Positions 27,148-31,806 of a stretch of 31,806 bases of DNA are shown piece after piece. The notes beneath the pieces are model-generated. The model searched no databases, was not told the DNA's origin, and saw only the letters and a list, made by a program, of their open reading frames with translations. Each line of letters begins with the position of its first letter. Position 1 is the stretch's first letter. Origin of the DNA: a bacterium (GTDB lineage Bacteria > Electryoneota > Electryoneia > Electryoneales > Electryoneaceae); NCBI GenBank assembly GCA_043801585.1, contig JAZDLX010000132.1:1-31806 (forward strand). The letters are read 5' to 3'. The translations under genes were made by a program, and so were the position numbers.

Positions 27148-29828
27148 TGAACCTGAGTTCCCGATGTCGTAAGGGAGTACGAAACAATACAATGCGTGAG
27201 GCGCGGGCCGGCAATCGTATCATGCACCCGTTCCTGTGGTTGTCTATCCTCGCAGTTCTGGCACCCCTGAACCTCTCCGCCAGCCAGACGGGCAAAATTG
27301 CGGGTGTGGTCACCGACGAACAGGGCAACCCGCTCCCTGGTGCGAACATTGTCGTCGAAGGGTCGAACCTTGGAGCGGCGACCGATCTCGACGGCCGTTA
27401 CTACATCCTCGCGTTGCAACCCGGCCGCCGGACACTCATATTCAGCGCTCTCGGGTACGCCAACCTGCGCATGGAGGATGTTCCGGTGATTTCGGGGCAG
27501 ACGACCATGCTCGATGCGCGCCTTCGAGAGGAAGCCCTGCAACTCGAGGAAGTGACGGTCATTTTCCAGAAACCGCCCGTGGAACTGAACGAGACGAGCC
27601 AGAGGATCAGCGTCGAGGGGGACATTGCCCGTCAAATGCCGATTCGCCAGGCGGATGAGATGGTGAATTTCCAGGCGGGCGCAGCCACGGACGCCTCCGG
27701 GCAGCTTCACATCCGCGGCGGGCGCAGCGGCGAGGTCGGTTTCTTCATCGACGGAATGCGCGTTGAGGATCCCCTCTATGGCGAGCAACAGCAGCAGGTG
27801 GGCAGGGAGGCACTGCAGGAGATGCAACTCCTGTCCGGCACCTTCAGCGCCGAGTACGGCGAAGCGATGAGCGGCATTGTCAACCTGATCACGCGTGAGG
27901 GAGGCGATCACTACCGCTGGAGCATGGAGTATGAGTCGCCGATGGTCAACTCGAGTCCATACCGCGAGAAGGATTGGGCACGGTCCGGAAGCGATGCCGT
28001 ACGTGATACAATCACCGATGTATCCCTTTACGAGCCTACCTCGATTAACGACACGCAAAACCTTTTGATCCCCGTGCCCGGACGTCTCAGCGCGACCCTC
28101 TCCGGTCCCATTCCGCTACTCGTACACGGTCACTTTTTCATCAACGGAGTCCACGAAGCGGAGGACAGTTACCTGCCCTTCGGCGACAGGATGACCCGCA
28201 ATACGTCGGGTAAGTTGACCTGGGAACCTCCAGTCGGAAAACTGGCGTTGAGTTTTGGATTTCGGGAGGCGAACTACCAGAACTACAGTCACGCATGGAA
28301 ATATGTGCCGGACCATTACCATCGCCATTTTGAAAACTCGGCGCGGTGGTCGTTGAACTGGACGCATCAGCTCAACAACTCGCTATTCTACGAAGTCACC
28401 GGCGGCTATTTCTGGCGCAGGCATGACGTCAAGATTTTCGAGGAATGGTCGGATTACGTCAGCCACGGTTACCAACCTCAGGATTTCACGTTTGCCAGCT
28501 ACTTCTATGGCGACAGCGACTGGTCGAATACGTGGCGCGAGGGACGCACGATCACATCCACCGCCTCTTCCAAGCTGACCTGGCAGATGAATCCGGTTCA
28601 CCAGTGGCGTGGGGGAGCTGAAGTCAAAGAGCAGAACATTCAACTCGACGAAATCCGCCAACTCACATTCAGCGCCTCGGGCAAACCGCGCGGACTCCGT
28701 GACACGTACACCCAGAAACCGCTCGAAACGGCGATGTTCCTTCAGGACAAGATCGAACTGGACTACCTGATCGTCAATGCTGGTCTGCGTTGGGATTATG
28801 TCGATCCCCGAGCGAAGGGATGGTCGGACCCGGAAAATCCCACGATCCAACTCGAGACCGTGAAGCCGTCCTCCCAGGTAAGTCCGCGCATCGGCCTCGC
28901 ACATCCGATCAGTGACAGGCTGACGCTGTACTTCTCCTACGGCCACTTCTTCCAGTTTCCGGACTATGTCAGCCTGTTCCTCAACAGCGCCGATTTGAAT
29001 CCCGATACCCTGGCGAACCGGACGTTCGACGCGGTCGGCAACCCGGGAATCAGACCGCAGAAAACAGTCGCCTACGAGGTTGGGCTCAAGGGAATCATGA
29101 CCGACATCTGGGGATTCACCGCGACAGCGTTTTACAAGGACATCACTGACCTCGTCGGCACTCGCCAGGTTCGTTACGGGAGCGCCTACAACTATGCCGC
29201 ATTCGTAAACATTGATTACGCCAGCGTGATTGGATTCGAGGTTGGATTGACCCGTTCATTGGCGGATCACTGGAGTCTTCAGGCGAACTACACCTACAGC
29301 GTCGCCAAGGGTAACAGCTCGGAACCGACTTCCGGCTACTGGGACGCCTACGAAGGGATTCCCACCGCCCGCCAGGAATATTACATGGACTTCGACCGCC
29401 GCCATGTGGCGAATGCGATGATCACATGGCAATCGGGGTGGCAGAACTATCCACGCCTGTCGGGAACTTCCCTGCTCCGGGGAGCGAGCGCCGGACTGAT
29501 TGTCAGCGCATCATCCGGTTTGCCCTACACTCCCTATACGGGAGCCGGCGAACAGCTTGCTCAACGGAACAGTGAACGCATGCCGGCAATCCTGACCGTC
29601 AATCTGCGAGCCGCAAAACTGCTGTTGGACGCACCGGTCAAGGTGTCGCTCTTCGCCAACATTGACAATCTCTTTGACCGCATCAATCCGTTCTATGTGG
29701 ACAGCCGCACTGGAGAGCCGTGGGAGACCACGCTGGTTGGGAACGAGATCCTCTATGACCAGATGCATGACCCTTCCAGGGTGGATCGTCCCCGTACGGT
29801 ACGTGTCGGTTTGACCATCGAGCGTTGA
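27147..29828 (+). CDS. TonB-dependent receptor with N-terminal carboxypeptidase-regulatory-like domain
   Basis: Signal peptide, GKIAGVVTDEQGNPLPGANIVV, plug LHIRGGRSGEV.F.IDG...GTFSAEYG.AMSGIVN, and barrel motifs FLQDKIE, GLRWDY, SPRIG, YFSYGHF.Q, GNP...P.KT..YE and FYKDI. Start uncertain (27144, 27147, 27192 or 27222). Confidence 0.92.
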   Translation: MNLSSRCRKGVRNNTMREARAGNRIMHPFLWLSILAVLAPLNLSASQTGKIAGVVTDEQGNPLPGANIVVEGSNLGAATDLDGRYYILALQPGRRTLIFSALGYANLRMEDVPVISGQTTMLDARLREEALQLEEVTVIFQKPPVELNETSQRISVEGDIARQMPIRQADEMVNFQAGAATDASGQLHIRGGRSGEVGFFIDGMRVEDPLYGEQQQQVGREALQEMQLLSGTFSAEYGEAMSGIVNLITREGGDHYRWSMEYESPMVNSSPYREKDWARSGSDAVRDTITDVSLYEPTSINDTQNLLIPVPGRLSATLSGPIPLLVHGHFFINGVHEAEDSYLPFGDRMTRNTSGKLTWEPPVGKLALSFGFREANYQNYSHAWKYVPDHYHRHFENSARWSLNWTHQLNNSLFYEVTGGYFWRRHDVKIFEEWSDYVSHGYQPQDFTFASYFYGDSDWSNTWREGRTITSTASSKLTWQMNPVHQWRGGAEVKEQNIQLDEIRQLTFSASGKPRGLRDTYTQKPLETAMFLQDKIELDYLIVNAGLRWDYVDPRAKGWSDPENPTIQLETVKPSSQVSPRIGLAHPISDRLTLYFSYGHFFQFPDYVSLFLNSADLNPDTLANRTFDAVGNPGIRPQKTVAYEVGLKGIMTDIWGFTATAFYKDITDLVGTRQVRYGSAYNYAAFVNIDYASVIGFEVGLTRSLADHWSLQANYTYSVAKGNSSEPTSGYWDAYEGIPTARQEYYMDFDRRHVANAMITWQSGWQNYPRLSGTSLLRGASAGLIVSASSGLPYTPYTGAGEQLAQRNSERMPAILTVNLRAAKLLLDAPVKVSLFANIDNLFDRINPFYVDSRTGEPWETTLVGNEILYDQMHDPSRVDRPRTVRVGLTIER

Positions 29829-29890
29829 CAGCCACTTCCGGGAGGTTTTCGTGAGAGAATCCCGGGGGGGATCACCGAAGGGGAGATGAC

Positions 29891-31806
29891 GTGAACGGAA
29901 GAGGATCGTTCAAGAGACGTATCGTAGTTGTGCTTGCTGCCATCCTGGTCTTTCTTTCAACGCGGGTGGGAGCTGCTGAGAATCCGCTGAAACCTGGTAA
30001 TCACGTGATCAAGGCGGAAAAACTTTTCGACCGCTCGGTTGCTTCGGTGAACGACCGGGGAGTGGGATTGCTCGACAAAGGGCAGCTCGCCAATCTGATT
30101 TCGAATTTTGGAATCCTTTCGGATTTTCATTTCGGCACTCCTGCGCTCCATTGGCCGCGCAACGGCACGGAGGTTCAGCACTACGGCTTCGGAGTCTCGG
30201 TGCTGATGATCGTCGACGGTGACGTTCTCTCCTCTATTTACGACCCATCTTCAGCGTCGACCGATTTCAGCTGGGAGGCTGCGGACGGTTCTCTCGGCCT
30301 CTATTTCAACGATGTGCGCGACGAGGAAAACACCGCCGCCGATGAGATCACTCCACTGCTTGCCAGTTCCGACAGGCCGAGCACCTGGCCGACCGTGGGT
30401 GGAGTTCCGACATGGCCGGGACCGTTCCGTGCCAGTCTGACCGACCCGACCCAGCAGGTGCCCGGCGAGTTTGCCAGCGACCGGGATATCTACTCGGTAA
30501 TCACCGACAAGCTCGGAAAGCACATCCGAGTTGAACAGATCGGATATTCCTACGGCCGCCCCTATGCGGAGGATTTCCTCTTTATGCGATTTCGCGTGCA
30601 CAACGACGGAACCAGTAACTATTCCGACGTGTACGCGGGTTTCCAAGCGGACCTCAAACCCGATTTCTTCGCGGACGACAGGATCGGTACCTGGACCATC
30701 GAGCCCTACGACGCCGGAAAGTCGTCGTTTTTCTTCAAACAGGATCTCAATGGAATTGCCCAGCGGGACGATTCCAGCCATTTCGATGAGAACTGGGTGG
30801 GGCCTGTCGGCTGGATTGGCATTGGACTTGTGGACAGTCCGGATGGGGCGGGGGTAACCTCTTTCCATTATTATCACGATGACAACAGCCCGGTCAATGA
30901 CGCTCAGATCGCCGCATTGATGACGAACGATCGCACTGGAGTGGAGCATCCGGAATGGTATTTCCACGGAGCGGATGATTCTTTCGCGGATATCTCGCTT
31001 CAATCCGAGGTGGACGTGGATGCTCTGCCGGGAACCGAAGTCACCTTTACCATCGCTACCGGTCCTTTTGATCTCGCAGCGGGCGACAGTACGGAGTTCT
31101 CAATCGTACTCGCAATCGGAGCGGACTCGACGGATCTCGCCGATAACGTGGCGACCGCTTACCAGATGGCAAAAACGAGCTCCTACCAGGGCAGCGGTCC
31201 GCCCGCGACTCCCATGCTTCATGCTATGGCTGGCGACGGGTACGTACAGCTCACCTGGGATGACGCCGCCGAACGCAGCAGCGATGCAATCACCGGACTG
31301 CAGGACTTCGAAGGCTACCGCTTGTATAAAAGCACGGACCAGGGAGTGACCTGGGGAGAGGCCGTGACCAACTGGTTCGGCACCCCGGTGGGATTCGATC
31401 CTCTTTTCCAGTGCGACCTTGTGGACAGTATTACCGGACTCGATCCGGCTTATGGACCCGATTTCCCCGCTGCGCACGTCTGGCTCGGCGACGACACCGG
31501 GCTACGACACTCCTACATCGACAGGGATGTGACCAACGGCCTCGAGGTATGGTACACGGTCACCTCCTACGACAAGGGAACGTTCGATCCTGACGATCCA
31601 CTCTCCGCCGAACCGAGCTATGAATCTTCTCTCGGACAATCGTCAGCGGACCGGAACACCGTCGCAGTCGTTCCGGGAACTCGTGCAGCGGACATCCAGC
31701 AGGGAGTCGTCGGGACCATTTCCGAGATTCACGGGCTCGTCGCGGACGGGACGATGAACCTGCAAGTGGTTGACCCCTCGCTGCTGACGGGGCACGACTA
31801 CCAGCT
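29891..31806 (+). CDS. Large secreted protein associated with the TonB receptor, containing an FN3-like domain (3'-truncated, absent from the ORF track)
   Basis: My translation from GTG 29891 (GGGGAG RBS) is open to the window end (>630 codons): MNGRGSFKRRIVVVLAAILVFLSTRVGA-AEN..., HWPRNG, ASSDRPSTWP...WPG, SDRDIY, GYSYGRPYAEDFLF, GPFDLAAGDS, PPATP.L.A.AGDGYVQLTWD...DFEGYRLYKS, DTGLRHSYID..V.NG...WYTVTSYD. Confidence 0.88.
   Translation, partial: MNGRGSFKRRIVVVLAAILVFLSTRVGAAENPLKPGNHVIKAEKLFDRSVASVNDRGVGLLDKGQLANLISNFGILSDFHFGTPALHWPRNGTEVQHYGFGVSVLMIVDGDVLSSIYDPSSASTDFSWEAADGSLGLYFNDVRDEENTAADEITPLLASSDRPSTWPTVGGVPTWPGPFRASLTDPTQQVPGEFASDRDIYSVITDKLGKHIRVEQIGYSYGRPYAEDFLFMRFRVHNDGTSNYSDVYAGFQADLKPDFFADDRIGTWTIEPYDAGKSSFFFKQDLNGIAQRDDSSHFDENWVGPVGWIGIGLVDSPDGAGVTSFHYYHDDNSPVNDAQIAALMTNDRTGVEHPEWYFHGADDSFADISLQSEVDVDALPGTEVTFTIATGPFDLAAGDSTEFSIVLAIGADSTDLADNVATAYQMAKTSSYQGSGPPATPMLHAMAGDGYVQLTWDDAAERSSDAITGLQDFEGYRLYKSTDQGVTWGEAVTNWFGTPVGFDPLFQCDLVDSITGLDPAYGPDFPAAHVWLGDDTGLRHSYIDRDVTNGLEVWYTVTSYDKGTFDPDDPLSAEPSYESSLGQSSADRNTVAVVPGTRAADIQQGVVGTISEIHGLVADGTMNLQVVDPSLLTGHDYQ

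Noticed and set aside
30251..31593. Short ORFs listed by the track at the right end
   Set aside because: All overlap the uninterrupted frame starting at 29891, which has an RBS, a signal peptide and coherent domains.

Overview
Chromosomal, moderately GC-rich bacterial region, most likely from an FCB-superphylum lineage. That placement is inferred from the PNPFN-type T9SS sorting domain and the TonB receptor plus large secreted partner. About 20 CDS are supported. Core genes: metE, nadE, dapF, tkt, folC, recO and a mobA-like gene. Envelope genes: a 5'-truncated T9SS cargo, an SLBB polysaccharide exporter, an O-antigen ligase, an alginate-export-type beta-barrel, a TonB-dependent receptor, and a 3'-truncated secreted protein missing from the ORF track. 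I see no rRNA, tRNA, CRISPR array, transposase or integrase. The best candidate for an undescribed system is 9071-11578: a highly structured ~200-nt leader, then a MobA-family nucleotidyltransferase, an ECF S-component-like membrane protein and a truncated EcfT-like domain fused to a THEP1/DUF2478-type P-loop NTPase, with no ABC ATPase in the locus. Other oddities: a 5-gene operon with several degenerate domains (ExeA-like ATPase, HE-GYP, pseudo-receiver, FolC, HAD plus pseudo-kinase), a PAS-PAS-HisKA protein without HATPase, an SDR with HxxxK instead of YxxxK, and two REPIN-like intergenic elements. All family calls come from motif recognition by eye; no database searches were run.
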